64,000 bases of DNA from a virus (taxonomy: Duplodnaviria; Heunggongvirae; Uroviricota; Caudoviricetes), in the IMG/VR virus record IMGVR_UViG_3300028666_000001, positions 1 through 64,000 of that record; one strand, 5' to 3'. Each line of letters starts with the position of its first letter. The stretch's first letter is position 1. The position numbers were made by a program, and so were the translations under genes. Below, in pieces: positions 9,768 through 19,892 of the stretch. The notes under the pieces are model-generated. The model was not told the DNA's origin, ran no database searches, and saw only the letters and a program-made list of their open reading frames with translations.

Positions 9768-9964
9768 AGGGAGATACAATGGCTAGAGGGATTAAAGTAG
9801 ATCATACCAAAGAGCTGCAGAATGAATTGGATATACTGAAGGATGAGCTGGAAGGTAACAAGCTAGAACAGGAAGAGTTGCGTAGCCTTGCCAGGGGTAT
9901 TGAAGAGCGTATCGAAGTGATAGAAGGTGAATTAGAAGAGGATGAGGCAGGAGACAATGACTAA
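9755..9964 (+). CDS. hypothetical acidic coiled-coil protein
   Basis: E/L-rich heptads. Confidence 0.35.
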   Translation: MGGLKGDTMARGIKVDHTKELQNELDILKDELEGNKLEQEELRSLARGIEERIEVIEGELEEDEAGDND

Positions 9965-10122
9965 CGAAGAGATAGACATCATGATAGGTCTTGATGATAT
10001 CGCTCACAATAGATTGTACTCCATGGATTCCAAGGGTAACACTACACCAGTACATGGCTATGGCAGACGCAACAAAGATTATAAATGTTATTGTAAAGAG
10101 CTGCGTGAGCTAGGTATTAGAA

Positions 10123-10332
10123 ATGGCTAATATTTGTCAGCATTGTGGTTATTCATCTCTTGCACATAGGCAGGTAACTGTTTATTCATCTCTTGTAATA
10201 CAAGCTGCAATTCATAGAGATATCCAGGAGTGGTCTGGTAATGCTAATAGACATTTAGCTGATAGACCATGTGATAATTACAAGAGAGATAATCTTTTGT
10301 ATTTAGAAAGCTTGGTAACTAACAATGGCTGA
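10123..10332 (+). CDS. DNLxYLE-tail small Zn-knuckle protein (family member)
   Basis: CQHCG..H Cys/His cluster; C-terminal DNLLYLESL. Confidence 0.6.
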   Translation: MANICQHCGYSSLAHRQVTVYSSLVIQAAIHRDIQEWSGNANRHLADRPCDNYKRDNLLYLESLVTNNG

Positions 10333-10552
10333 TATTCCTTGTACTTGTGGGGCTCTGAAGTCTCAGCATATAGAATTCGATGCTTTCATGAGCTTGAAGG
10401 GAACACCAGGGTTTGAGAAGATGATTCAGCGTGGGTTATCTCATCATATGCAAATGTATGGTGAGGTATGCATTGAATATAGAGCAGATAACCTTACGTA
10501 TTTAGAATGGGAAGTAGAACGTCGAGAACACATGAAGACGTTTGGATTATAA
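10325..10552 (+). CDS. DNLxYLE-tail small Zn-knuckle protein
   Basis: CTCG..H; tail DNLTYLEWE; start overlaps upstream member. Confidence 0.6.
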   Translation: MADIPCTCGALKSQHIEFDAFMSLKGTPGFEKMIQRGLSHHMQMYGEVCIEYRADNLTYLEWEVERREHMKTFGL

Positions 10553-10719
10553 TAAAGGAGGTATAAACAATGCTAGTGGCGGTCCATGGATGTAACCAAC
10601 AGGTCATGCATAAGGCTGTACAATTCAATAGATGTGAGAATAGTACAAGCGTTTATAGATGTGAAGATTGCGGTGAAGAGTTCGTTGAATATGATGATTC
10701 AGGCTGTGGTGGCTAGATA

Positions 10720-10860
10720 CACTGTACGTATAGATGTCCAATTGCAGATAGGTGAATAGATAAGAGTGTATCTTTGGAAGATAGTGGTTAGTAAGTATGT
10801 GTCTAGATAACAATGGGTTAATTCGCTCACATTATACTTATTATCTGTAGAGTAGATAAA
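10720..10860 (+). promoter_or_regulatory. intergenic cluster of degenerate copies of the promoter-spacer motif (TAGATAAG / GTAAGTATGT)
   Basis: GAATAGATAAGAGTGTATC, GGTTAGTAAGTATGTG, GTAGAGTAGATAAATGTG without intact -35/-10. Confidence 0.3.
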
Positions 10861-10861
10861 T

Positions 10862-11191
10862 GTGCCGACGTTTGAAGGATGGTTGCTCAGTCCAATAGAG
10901 AAGACATACAATGAAAGGGAATCATCATCTATGAGCAGCAAGGCACGTAAACGAGAGATCATCCTTACTTACTTAAGAAATATAGCTGGTGCATTGATAT
11001 CATTACCTATCTCATTAGTTATTGTAACTATTTTAATTTTAGCAGCCCTATTGCTTTTACCTTTGATTTGGGGTATAATGATATTGTGGTGGGTGAATGG
11101 CTTTAAGCAAACTCTGCTTGCTAAACAATTAGAACAGGAGATGGACCAATTGGAATGTGAATGTGTAGATTGGACCCATAAACATGCGTAG
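10862..11191 (+). CDS. membrane protein
   Basis: two TM helices. Confidence 0.4.
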   Translation: MPTFEGWLLSPIEKTYNERESSSMSSKARKREIILTYLRNIAGALISLPISLVIVTILILAALLLLPLIWGIMILWWVNGFKQTLLAKQLEQEMDQLECECVDWTHKHA

Positions 11192-11369
11192 GTTATTAGA
11201 AGAACAAAACTATTTTTGTCAGTGTGGTCATGTGAAGCGTCAGCATGAAGGTCCTGAATATCAATATGAGTGTAAGACATGGATCTATCTCACTGGTATT
11301 TGTCTATGCAATGAATTCAAGCTAGATAACCTTCGTTACTTGGAGGCATTAGTTGACAAGAATGGATGA
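11184..11369 (+). CDS. DNLxYLE-tail small Zn-knuckle protein
   Basis: CQCGHVKRQH..CLC; tail DNLRYLEAL. Confidence 0.65.
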   Translation: MRRLLEEQNYFCQCGHVKRQHEGPEYQYECKTWIYLTGICLCNEFKLDNLRYLEALVDKNG

Positions 11370-11646
11370 TATCTTTTTTATTGTTATACCAATTTTACTT
11401 GTTATGTACCTTATTCTTTGGTCATACATGCTAGTCAATGATTATAAGAAGCAGAAGGCAAGGAAGCGTGAAGCAATGCTTGACATGATCCCATGCTTGT
11501 GTGGTCACACTCGTTGGATTCATTGGCCTCATGATGAGGTTAGTACTTGTCATGATTTTAAATGGGAATGGGATAGGCCATGTCCTTGTAATAAGTATAG
11601 GATGGACAATCTTGTTTACTTGGAACGAGTGGGGCAAGGTAAATGA
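11353..11646 (+). CDS. DNLxYLE-tail small Zn-knuckle protein (N-terminal TM extension)
   Basis: CLCGHTRWIH..CPC; tail DNLVYLERV. Confidence 0.65.
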   Translation: MTRMDDIFFIVIPILLVMYLILWSYMLVNDYKKQKARKREAMLDMIPCLCGHTRWIHWPHDEVSTCHDFKWEWDRPCPCNKYRMDNLVYLERVGQGK

Positions 11647-11831
11647 GTAGCTTACCATGCAATTGCTTTCATAGTAAAGAAGATCATAAGGTATTTACAA
11701 ATGATGATGGATACCTGGATGATGACTTTCGAGGCTGGTGTATCTATAGTGAGATAGGGCAATGTCCTTGTGATTGCTATACACCAATGGACAACCTGGA
11801 GTATTTAGAATGGATGGCATATGGCAAATAA
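11643..11831 (+). CDS. DNLxYLE-tail small Zn-knuckle protein
   Basis: CNCFH..H..CPCDC; tail DNLEYLEWM. Confidence 0.65.
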   Translation: MSSLPCNCFHSKEDHKVFTNDDGYLDDDFRGWCIYSEIGQCPCDCYTPMDNLEYLEWMAYGK

Positions 11832-12027
11832 AACTTTTTATTTCCCTTGTACCTGTGGTCATACAGTAGATAAGCATCTATCTGAAGCTGATCCTAATTT
11901 TAGTTTCATGGGTGTACACTTCTGTTTGGCTAGAGATAGTACTGGCAGATTCCTAGACAATTGTAAAGACTATAGACCAGATAACCTTAGATGGTTGGAG
12001 GAACAGATTGAATCCAGAAACAAATGA
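11821..12027 (+). CDS. DNLxYLE-tail small Zn-knuckle protein
   Basis: CTCGHTVDKH; tail DNLRWLEEQ. Confidence 0.65.
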   Translation: MANKTFYFPCTCGHTVDKHLSEADPNFSFMGVHFCLARDSTGRFLDNCKDYRPDNLRWLEEQIESRNK

Positions 12028-12286
12028 ATTAACACTAGAAGAAAATGAATGGTGTGAAACCCTTTGCATTTGTGGGCATATGCGTGTATGGCATTTAGAT
12101 GAGGAGGAAATAGAAGATCCTCAATGGCATATACCAAAAGGAATGATTGAGCTTGATGATGATGAAACATGGTGCATTGAATGTGATTCTTCTGAATGTA
12201 CAGAGACTGGTGAATATATTGGAAAGCCTGAGCATCCATTTAAACAAGATAACCTTAGATGGTTGGAGAAACTAAGTGAGCGTTGA
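12008..12286 (+). CDS. DNLxYLE-tail small Zn-knuckle protein
   Basis: CICGHMRVWH..CIEC; tail DNLRWLEKL; shares identical 22-nt block with 11821 member. Confidence 0.65.
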   Translation: MNPETNELTLEENEWCETLCICGHMRVWHLDEEEIEDPQWHIPKGMIELDDDETWCIECDSSECTETGEYIGKPEHPFKQDNLRWLEKLSER

Positions 12287-12455
12287 TTTCCCTTGTAGGA
12301 ATTGTGGGCATGAAGAGTTCCATCATAGTGTTACTGGTTGCTGGCAATGTGTGTGCGATACAATCTATACAAATATGGGAGCTTGTGGTAATTATGTATC
12401 AGACAATTTAAAATACCTGGAGGAATTATATGAGAAAAGATCAGCCAAAAATTAA
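12276..12455 (+). CDS. DNLxYLE-tail small Zn-knuckle protein (GTG start, 59 aa, absent from ORF track)
   Basis: read from sequence: VSVDFPCRNCGHEEFHH..CWQCVCD..DNLKYLEELYEKRSAKN. Confidence 0.5.
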   Translation: MSVDFPCRNCGHEEFHHSVTGCWQCVCDTIYTNMGACGNYVSDNLKYLEELYEKRSAKN

Positions 12456-12675
12456 GAAAGAGATCAGAGACTTGAAGGCAGAGGTCAAGTTGCTGAAGCG
12501 TAAGCTTGAGCATCGAGAGGCCGTAATCAATTACTTAGATCAAGTGAACTTGGGTCTTAACCAGGATATACTCGTCTTCAATATTGAGTGCAGACGTTTG
12601 GCAGAGGGCAGACCAGCATTGACACAACCATTCGCTACAAAAATTAAGCTGGCAGCAGAAGTCAATGCTCTCTAA
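12430..12675 (+). CDS. hypothetical coiled-coil protein
   Basis: K/E/L heptads. Confidence 0.35.
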   Translation: MRKDQPKIKKEIRDLKAEVKLLKRKLEHREAVINYLDQVNLGLNQDILVFNIECRRLAEGRPALTQPFATKIKLAAEVNAL

Positions 12676-12889
12676 GTTGCGTAGGCTGTGGGATAGATTC
12701 TTTGGTGGTGAACCTCGTATTGATACGCTCAAAGAGTTGCAGAGAGCCAGGAGAGTTGAGGATCAATTGGAGCAGGTAACAAAGCTGCTTAAGTGTACGC
12801 CTGATGAAATGTTAACAAGACTTAACAAGATCCAGGCTCATATCTTAGAGCTTGAAGAGGAAAAGAAAAGGCTTGAAAGTAGTAAGTAA
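12665..12889 (+). CDS. hypothetical coiled-coil protein
   Basis: 74 aa, E/L rich. Confidence 0.35.
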   Translation: MLSKLRRLWDRFFGGEPRIDTLKELQRARRVEDQLEQVTKLLKCTPDEMLTRLNKIQAHILELEEEKKRLESSK

Positions 12890-12901
12890 GTATGCTATAC
12901 T
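12873..12901 (+). promoter_or_regulatory. promoter TTGAAA-N17-TATACT, spacer GTAGTAAGTAAGTATGC
   Basis: spacer related to 6660/14292 family. Confidence 0.45.
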
Positions 12902-13726
12902 GAAGTGCAATGGAAACACCGACATATCATAAGACAGCGAAAGAGATTATAGCAAGCGTCGAGGAATGGGTGATTCCTAAGCAATTAGATTTGGACCTTG
13001 ATGTTGTGGTAATCAAGGATGGTAAGCAGCGTTGGGTTGGAGAGCTGCCTTATTGAGGTGTTGCAATGAGAACATGGTGTGTTTCGTATGGGCATGGTGA
13101 TGATCGAGATGTTATTAGAGTCAAAGCAAAAACGGCAAGTGAAGCTGTACATGAAGCTTATATTCGAGTAGGACCTGTAGGTAATGTGTGGCCTGTTCGT
13201 CGAACTAAGAAAGAAATGAAAGGAGAATGAAATGAATCTATTAGCGTTGTCTTTGCTATCACATTTGACTATCTCAGCATTTAAGCCTTTAAATCTATGG
13301 AAAGCGATCACCAATACCCAAACGGTGGAAGCTGTGGTTAAACCAGCTCCTGCGGCTATTGCAGAGGCTTTTGGACGAGCTGCCTGATGCCTAGGGTTAA
13401 TCCTCATGATGCGTTGTGCCCTAGCTGTGGTGAATGCATTTGCATTGACTGTAATGCTAAAGGCTATTGTATCTGTGATGAACTGGAAATGGGTGACTAA
13501 ATGAAACGTAATCTGAAAAGCAATTTAGGTAGTATATGGCATATGATCCTTGGTGCTACCCTGTTCTTCCTTAGCTTCAAGGTTGGGGAAGCTGGGCTGC
13601 TTGGTGGGGCTATGCACTTGGTGGGTTGCGCTTTCTTTTGTACAGGTGTCCATGGGTTGCATGATGCCAGGATGGAAGAAGAGATCCATCCTCACGGTCA
13701 TCATTAAGATTGGGTCTATAGGCCCA

Positions 13727-13755
13727 TTGACTTTAGTAGATAAATATGTTATATT
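13727..13755 (+). promoter_or_regulatory. promoter TTGACT-N17-TATATT, spacer TTAGTAGATAAATATGT
   Basis: spacer related to family motif. Confidence 0.45.
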
Positions 13756-13789
13756 TAATAGAAGTTAATTTTCGATAAGGAGAACTTGA

Positions 13790-14281
13790 ATGTATAGTCC
13801 ATTCAATTCACAAGGAAAGATAAAGCAAAGTAGAGAATTTCGAGAAGTAGAGAACGCTATAAACAATCCAAGGCGTAAACGTTTGCCTAGCTATTACGAT
13901 GCTGCGCCTTTAGAGATTCAAAATGAAAGTCCTAAACGGCGTTATGGGCTTTGCAAAGCAGATCTTAATGAGGGTGACTGGCAGCTCCTCAGCAGTATAT
14001 TGAAGAAGCCTGTTGATGTTTTGCAATATACTTTTGATACAACACCTCGAAGATGGCATGGAAAACTAAAAGAAATCCATGCAGCTTCTAGAGACAAAGG
14101 ACCCTCACCAAAGCAATTAAGGGACGCTTTTAAAGTAGTTGCTATGGGAAAAGGTTGGACAAATGAAAGCAATACATCTAAAAGATTCTTAGAGAAACAA
14201 GGCTATAAAGCACGTCCTATTTTGTCAGCAGCGATATATGTTCCAATAGAGAACACTGTTGAGGAAGATTTGGATTGGTAA
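13790..14281 (+). CDS. hypothetical protein
   Basis: AAGGAGAACTTGAATG RBS; promoter at 13727. Confidence 0.45.
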   Translation: MYSPFNSQGKIKQSREFREVENAINNPRRKRLPSYYDAAPLEIQNESPKRRYGLCKADLNEGDWQLLSSILKKPVDVLQYTFDTTPRRWHGKLKEIHAASRDKGPSPKQLRDAFKVVAMGKGWTNESNTSKRFLEKQGYKARPILSAAIYVPIENTVEEDLDW

Positions 14282-14291
14282 AAGATTTCCC

Positions 14292-14320
14292 TTGACAAGA
14301 GTAGATAAGTATGTTATACT
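14292..14320 (+). promoter_or_regulatory. sigma70-type promoter TTGACA-N17-TATACT, spacer AGAGTAGATAAGTATGT
   Basis: duplicate of 6660 promoter. Confidence 0.6.
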
Positions 14321-14455
14321 TTAGTATGGATAAACAATACAGCGGGATGTCAACAGATAGTCCAGAGTATAAGAAGATCCAGAAGGAAACGCTGGCTAAT
14401 CTGTGGAAAGCTTTTCAGCCAAAGCAGCTTGAGTTAAACCTGGGAGGGAAATAAC

Positions 14456-14806
14456 ATGGCTAATGAATTTCATGATGAAGAGGTTTGTCAGTGTGGTTCA
14501 GTAAGATTCGTAGCGGTCCTGTGCCCTGATCAAAAGAAGTACATTGATATGTGCAAAGACTGTGGTGATTGTGGCTCCCATTTGTGTGATGATATCACCT
14601 GTGATTCCAATGCTGAGTTGGCTCAGCGATTGAAAGATGAAGAAGCTATTGCTGCGGGTGAAGCGAGATACCATGAGTCAGTGCTTAGAGAGGGTGGAGA
14701 CTTGCAGGATGATGTGGATGATTTCGCTGATGCTGAGATTGCTAGAGGCTATGCGAATCCTGATTACTTGGATAGCTCAGATGATTTTGAGGGGGATTTA
14801 CAATGA
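14456..14806 (+). CDS. Cys-rich acidic protein
   Basis: GGGAGG RBS; CQCG..CPD..CKDCGDCGSHLCDDITC. Confidence 0.4.
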   Translation: MANEFHDEEVCQCGSVRFVAVLCPDQKKYIDMCKDCGDCGSHLCDDITCDSNAELAQRLKDEEAIAAGEARYHESVLREGGDLQDDVDDFADAEIARGYANPDYLDSSDDFEGDLQ

Positions 14807-15072
14807 GCGATTATCAACCTAAATATTGGAACAATCGAGGCAGGTATCAAGAGGCTCATGATATCCTGTATAAGCTCCTACAGATTCCTTCGGAGGGTGA
14901 TGCGCCTACAGCTGATGGGCGTAAGCTCTGCAGACTCAACAATCAGTACTACCAGAAGTTTAATAATGGGGTGGGCCGATTGACAGCAGAACAGTTGGAT
15001 CAGCGGGTTGATGCCTTAGTGTGTCACTTGGCTGCTAAGTATCTACGGAAGGTTATTACCAATGCCAAATAA
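14803..15072 (+). CDS. hypothetical protein
   Basis: ATGA-coupled. Confidence 0.35.
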   Translation: MSDYQPKYWNNRGRYQEAHDILYKLLQIPSEGDAPTADGRKLCRLNNQYYQKFNNGVGRLTAEQLDQRVDALVCHLAAKYLRKVITNAK

Positions 15073-15343
15073 ACCTTTGAAGTCTGGTACGTTGGTCAGG
15101 ATCAATAAGGGTACAGCTTTATGGTCAACCAATCCTAGCAAGCGCAAGTTTCTAGCTGCTAAGACCTATACAGTTAAGATCCATGATTCCTATCCTGCAT
15201 ATGGAGATAAAGCAGAAGACCGATTCGCTGAGGTGTTGTGGGCTGGGACAGCTGGGTATTGGACATATGCTAGACTGAGTGATATTGAAGTCGTTGAGCC
15301 TTATACTGTGATTGGTTGCCAGTGTGGACAATCTAATGGCTAA
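15062..15343 (+). CDS. hypothetical protein
   Basis: 93 aa ORF. Confidence 0.35.
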   Translation: MPNKPLKSGTLVRINKGTALWSTNPSKRKFLAAKTYTVKIHDSYPAYGDKAEDRFAEVLWAGTAGYWTYARLSDIEVVEPYTVIGCQCGQSNG

Positions 15344-15459
15344 AAAGATGCTGTGCATCTTCTGTAATAAGTTACCTAGAGTAAAAGACAGATACTATTG
15401 TATTGAGTTTCAGAAGAGAAAGAAAGCTTATCTTAAAAAGCTCCTGAGAAGGATATCAA

Positions 15460-15762
15460 ATGGATAATCTAAAGAACCTTGAATCTATGCAGGTCGTGGT
15501 GAAAGAGTTCCGTACAGTTGGCAAACTCAATAGAGAGATCCTATTGACCATGCTGCAGAAAGAACATGAGATCATTGGAGATAGACTTGAGAATCCTGCG
15601 GTATCTTTTGAGGATATCAAGCATGAATATTTGGCTGCAGGTGGACGGAGCAATCAGACATTCATTCCATTCATTAAGCGAGTGAGAGAACATGCTCGTA
15701 ATCTTCCTGGTCAGCCTTTCTTTGGCCTTAAAGAGGCTAAAGAGTTGGTGGAGTCATGGTAA
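15460..15762 (+). CDS. hypothetical protein
   Basis: 100 aa ORF. Confidence 0.35.
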   Translation: MDNLKNLESMQVVVKEFRTVGKLNREILLTMLQKEHEIIGDRLENPAVSFEDIKHEYLAAGGRSNQTFIPFIKRVREHARNLPGQPFFGLKEAKELVESW

Positions 15763-15874
15763 AGAATTGGGCAGCACAACAGATAGCTGAACATGTTGTA
15801 GAGTTCTATAAGCTTACACCTGAAGAGATTCAAAAGGTTGTAGCTGAGCTTGCTCTATTATGGAAGAAAGCAAA

Positions 15875-16261
15875 ATGATTCGTAACCTTAAGCCTGATGA
15901 TAGAGATGCCTATCAATACCTGAAGCTTGAGGCATTTAATTATAAAGATATTAAACCTTTTGCAGATGATATCTTTGCTCGTGCATTCGTGTGGGAAGAG
16001 AATGGTCAGCTGATAGGATTCTGTAAGTGGACTCCATCGATTCATCTAAGTAAGTATGCTGTGGTTGAATCATTGATGGTTAATCCAGCTTTCCGTAGTA
16101 GGGGCATTGCAAAGGCTCTTGTGGCTGCAGCAGTAGAGGCAGCATTGAAACACTTTGATAATGTAAAGATGTATGATACGTCGAGATATGGGCAGACTTC
16201 TAAGATAGCTAAAGGCTTAGGCTTTATTGAGAAGGATGCAAGGGAATGGTGGTACAAATGA
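15875..16261 (+). CDS. GNAT family N-acetyltransferase
   Basis: VNPAFRSRGIAKALVAAAVEAA matches GNAT motif A (R/Q-x-x-G-x-G/A). Confidence 0.55.
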   Translation: MIRNLKPDDRDAYQYLKLEAFNYKDIKPFADDIFARAFVWEENGQLIGFCKWTPSIHLSKYAVVESLMVNPAFRSRGIAKALVAAAVEAALKHFDNVKMYDTSRYGQTSKIAKGLGFIEKDAREWWYK

Positions 16262-17311
16262 AAAAGTGTTGGTTAGAAGATAAGTTTGATGCTATTGTCG
16301 AGTGCATTATAATTAAGCTATTGAATATACCATGAAGACTAAGAAGATCAAGTATACAACGTGTTCCAGCTGCAAGCGTAAGTTTGTGTCAGATGGATTC
16401 CGTAAGTGTGGACCTTGTAACCTTAAAAGAAAGCCCTTGAAAAAGTCTGGTTTATGTGATAGTCTTATACCAGGGTGTACGTGCAATCAGTGGTCATTTG
16501 GAGGATAGATGGCTAAGCATTATTGTACAATATGTGCTACGTTAGATCAGGCGATTCAACTCTTCAGTACAGCCAAAGATACTGATACAGAAGAGGATCG
16601 TTGGGATGCTTTAAGGAAAATCTGTCATGGCTAATAAGATTGAGATCGGTCAGTGCTATCGTGTTGATGATACTGTGTTCATGGTTATGAGTGAATCAAA
16701 ACGATTACCTGGAGGTCAGCATTACAGATGTATCGAGAATACGCTTACTAGACAGCATGAAGATTGTATGGAAGAAAAGCTATTACGAATGGAAAGACCA
16801 TTTCAGAATTTCGGATAAGGAGATAGATAACAATGGCATTTGAAACTGATTGTAAATTCTGTGGTGAAGACTTCATTACCTATAATCCCAGAGAATTGTA
16901 TTGTTCCCCAGAGTGTGAAGATGCAGATGATGATAAGGCAGCAGAGGAAGCTAAATACAAATGAAACCATGTGTGTTGTGTAAGAAAGAGTTTGAAGAGA
17001 AAGACCTAGATTTCTTAGAACGTTGTGAGCCATGCTTTAAGACGTGGATGACAACACCAGAGAGTGAGAGACAGAAGATAAGTAAGCCTTATGTACCAAT
17101 ATATAATGGAGATTAAAATGATTAAAAGAAAGAGAAAAGATATTACTAAAGAAATTATAAGCTTAAGTTTTGAGGAGATGATTAAACAAGTTCAAAATGC
17201 TAAACCTCAAACGGCTAAGCAATGGGCTGAAACCCAAGAGATATTAAAAGAAATGGGTGCTGATGCTCCATTTGGATTCTTTGTAACTTCAAAAAAGAAA
17301 GGTAAATAACA

Positions 17312-17716
17312 ATGATTAAAAAGCTGTTGTTCTTACTGTTAGTTCCTTGTTTAGTTCATGCAGGACCATTGGATATCTTGGATGCTACTGCAGAGTTTGG
17401 AGGTAGGTTTGGACAAGAATACTTTCAAGCTGATGGGTCTATTGATAACAACATAATCTTTAACTTTGATCAGGGCATTCGTTTTGTAGGTGCGCCTTGG
17501 ATCGAACCTTATGTTGGTTTTAATAAAGCCCAGGCAGTATTTATTCTTGGTGGTAATACTGAAAGCTTATATGGAGGAGTTAGAAACAAAACATTCTTAC
17601 CCCCATTTGAGTTTGGTATGGAATATAGGTCTACTCTTGTACCTAACAATCCTTCAATCAAGTCAGTTGTCGGATATGTTTCGGTTTACAAAAGTGTTGA
17701 CTTACATAAAAATTAA
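17312..17716 (+). CDS. secreted beta-rich protein (possible small outer-membrane beta-barrel), paralog of 23365 gene
   Basis: cleavable signal peptide LVHAGP; alternating hydrophobic strands; shared ILGGN motif with 23365. Confidence 0.4.
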   Translation: MIKKLLFLLLVPCLVHAGPLDILDATAEFGGRFGQEYFQADGSIDNNIIFNFDQGIRFVGAPWIEPYVGFNKAQAVFILGGNTESLYGGVRNKTFLPPFEFGMEYRSTLVPNNPSIKSVVGYVSVYKSVDLHKN

Positions 17717-18155
17717 GGAGATCATATGATTCAAACTATCTTAGATTGTCTTCAACCTGTTACAGTGCTTGTGTTCGTTGTTGCTGGTACTCTCTCATTG
17801 CTGCTAGGTAAACAGACGCAAGGCGCAATTAACTTTGCATTGGCGTTGTGTAACTTTGTTATCTTCTACGGCTTTAAGATATTGGGGAAATAATATGGAA
17901 ATCAACGGAGAGCTGGTCCTATTCGGTAAGTTCAAATGCCAGTGGAAGGAAGGTCACTCGTACTCAAGTGGCTATTATACCTACCATGAAAAGCTGCAGC
18001 GTTGGGATCTTCCCAAGCTTGAGCTTTATGGATACGTCGATACGAACCAGACGATGGACCGTATCCAGTGTGACATCCAGGACGAAGTGAACCATGATTT
18101 AGAAAACAGAGAACGAGTGAAGCATAACTTGCCTAGCCTGTCAAGGTGCTGCTAA

Positions 18156-18302
18156 TGGAATGGCCTCAAGGTAACGTACCAGGGAATTGTTGGTGTGGAC
18201 ATGAAGAACGAGAACATGCTATACTTAACGTGGAAGGCCGTTGCACAAGTTGCCAGTGTGTAGGCTTTATCTTAGACAGGTGGGTGACTAATGAGCTTTG
18301 AT
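18156..18302 (+). CDS. small Zn-knuckle protein lacking the DNLxYLE tail (family relative)
   Basis: read from sequence: CWCGHEEREH..CTSCQCVGF, 48 aa. Confidence 0.35.
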
Positions 18303-18447
18303 CCCTGTGGTACACGAAGACTTGAAGGTAACGATATGCTTAATAGAATAGCTGAGTATCTTGACGTTGATCCAATGGATCTAGCGATTGCTTTAAAGTT
18401 TCAAGCTGAACTAGCTAATGCAGCACGATTAGAAAAGGAGAAGCAAA

Positions 18448-18753
18448 ATGGAAATTAAAGAGCTAGTTGATTATACACAACGTATTAAGCTCCTGCGTAA
18501 TGAACTTGAGTTCATCTCTATTGATTTAATGGAGCGACACGAACAGGATAAGGATAACCAGGATCGTATGGGCTTACCTTTCGATATCAAGGATAGCAAG
18601 TTGGATGATGTAGCTAGTAAGCTTGACTACGGGTTGGCTGATATCAATACGGCTGTGGCTTTACTTGAGATGGTATATAGAAACTCAGTGAGACTTAGGA
18701 AACAGGAAGAGAAAGATAATACACCTAAAGAGAACCAGGGCGAATCTAAATGA
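18448..18753 (+). CDS. hypothetical protein
   Basis: AAGGAG RBS. Confidence 0.4.
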   Translation: MEIKELVDYTQRIKLLRNELEFISIDLMERHEQDKDNQDRMGLPFDIKDSKLDDVASKLDYGLADINTAVALLEMVYRNSVRLRKQEEKDNTPKENQGESK

Positions 18754-18893
18754 AGAGATGTACTTGTGGTCATACTAAGAGGGAACACAAGATTAGGGAT
18801 AAGCACTTCGGTATAGTATGTGAGAGTTGCTGTGCAAACGGTAAGTTAGCTTGTGGAGAGATATGCAGAGAGTTCAAAATAAAAGGAGATTAA
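18750..18893 (+). CDS. small Zn-knuckle protein lacking tail (CTCGHTKREH..CESCC..C)
   Basis: read from sequence, 47 aa, ATGA-coupled. Confidence 0.35.
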   Translation: MKRCTCGHTKREHKIRDKHFGIVCESCCANGKLACGEICREFKIKGD

Positions 18894-18897
18894 AAAG

Positions 18898-19716
18898 ATG
18901 CGACCAGGATTGATTGCAACAATAGTAGCAGGTGGGTTTGGAGCGATATTACTACTCAGTGTATTCTTTGGTAGTTATGTCATTGTTCCAGCGGGAAGTC
19001 GAGCAGTAATTTATAGTAGTTTCCATGGAGTAGAGATGACACCATTGGATGAAGGCTTTCACTTGAAAGTACCTTTCTTCAATACGGCTAATATGATATC
19101 TGTCCAGGTCCAGAAGACCGAATATGATACCACGGCTGCTTCTAAGGATTTGCAGAATGTCCAGACGAAGCTTGCTGTGAACTTTCACACTACGCCTGAT
19201 GTTACTCCTAAATTGTTCCAGTCTTATGGATCAGATATTGTGGAGAACGTTGTGCATCCAGCTGTGAATGAAACGGTTAAGGCAGTGATGGCCCAATATC
19301 CAGCTGAAGAGCTTATTACGAAACGAGAAGAAGTGAAAGGCAAGATCGAGGTTGCATTGGCAGCTCAGTTGCTTAAAGCTAACGTAACAGTAGATAATGT
19401 TTATATCACCAACTTCGAGTTCAGCAAAGACTATGCAGATGCTATTGAAGCTAAGCAGGTTGCCCAACAGCGTGTGTTGAAATCCGAACAGGATCTTCAG
19501 CGTATCAAAGTTGAAGCAGCTCAGAAGATTGCAGGAGCTGAAGCAGAGGCAAAATCCCTGAGCTTACAGCGTGATGTCATTACAGCTCAGCTCGTACATT
19601 TACGTGAGATTGAAGCATTCCAGAAAGCCATTGATAAGTGGGATGGGCATTTGCCTACTACCGTTCTTGGTAATGGAACAAGTGCATTGCTTAATCTCAA
19701 AGAGAAAGGCGAATAA
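18898..19716 (+). CDS. SPFH/band-7 (prohibitin/HflC-like) membrane protein
   Basis: N-terminal TM then VPAGSRAVIYSSFHGV..GFHLKVPF typical of SPFH domain; AAGGAG RBS. Confidence 0.65.
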   Translation: MRPGLIATIVAGGFGAILLLSVFFGSYVIVPAGSRAVIYSSFHGVEMTPLDEGFHLKVPFFNTANMISVQVQKTEYDTTAASKDLQNVQTKLAVNFHTTPDVTPKLFQSYGSDIVENVVHPAVNETVKAVMAQYPAEELITKREEVKGKIEVALAAQLLKANVTVDNVYITNFEFSKDYADAIEAKQVAQQRVLKSEQDLQRIKVEAAQKIAGAEAEAKSLSLQRDVITAQLVHLREIEAFQKAIDKWDGHLPTTVLGNGTSALLNLKEKGE

Positions 19717-19858
19717 CAGGTCTATAAATCGTGTCGATTGAACCTATCCTCTCATGCCCGAAAGGGCACAAAAGAGTAGAATTGAGGTTAGATATTACAG
19801 CAGCTTATTGTTATGTCTGTGAGACGCTTTATAGTTATGGTCAGCTTAAAGAAAGCCA

Positions 19859-19887
19859 TTGACATTGTTATCTATTCATGGTATACT
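19859..19887 (+). promoter_or_regulatory. sigma70-type promoter TTGACA-N17-TATACT (leaderless ATG 19893)
   Basis: exact hexamers. Confidence 0.5.
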
Positions 19888-19892
19888 AAAGT

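Noticed and set aside
19730-19800. Hairpin TGCCC-GAAA-GGGCA after the SPFH gene as a rho-independent terminator
   Set aside because: It is followed by an A-run rather than a U-run on the coding strand. No convincing intrinsic terminators were identified anywhere in the window.
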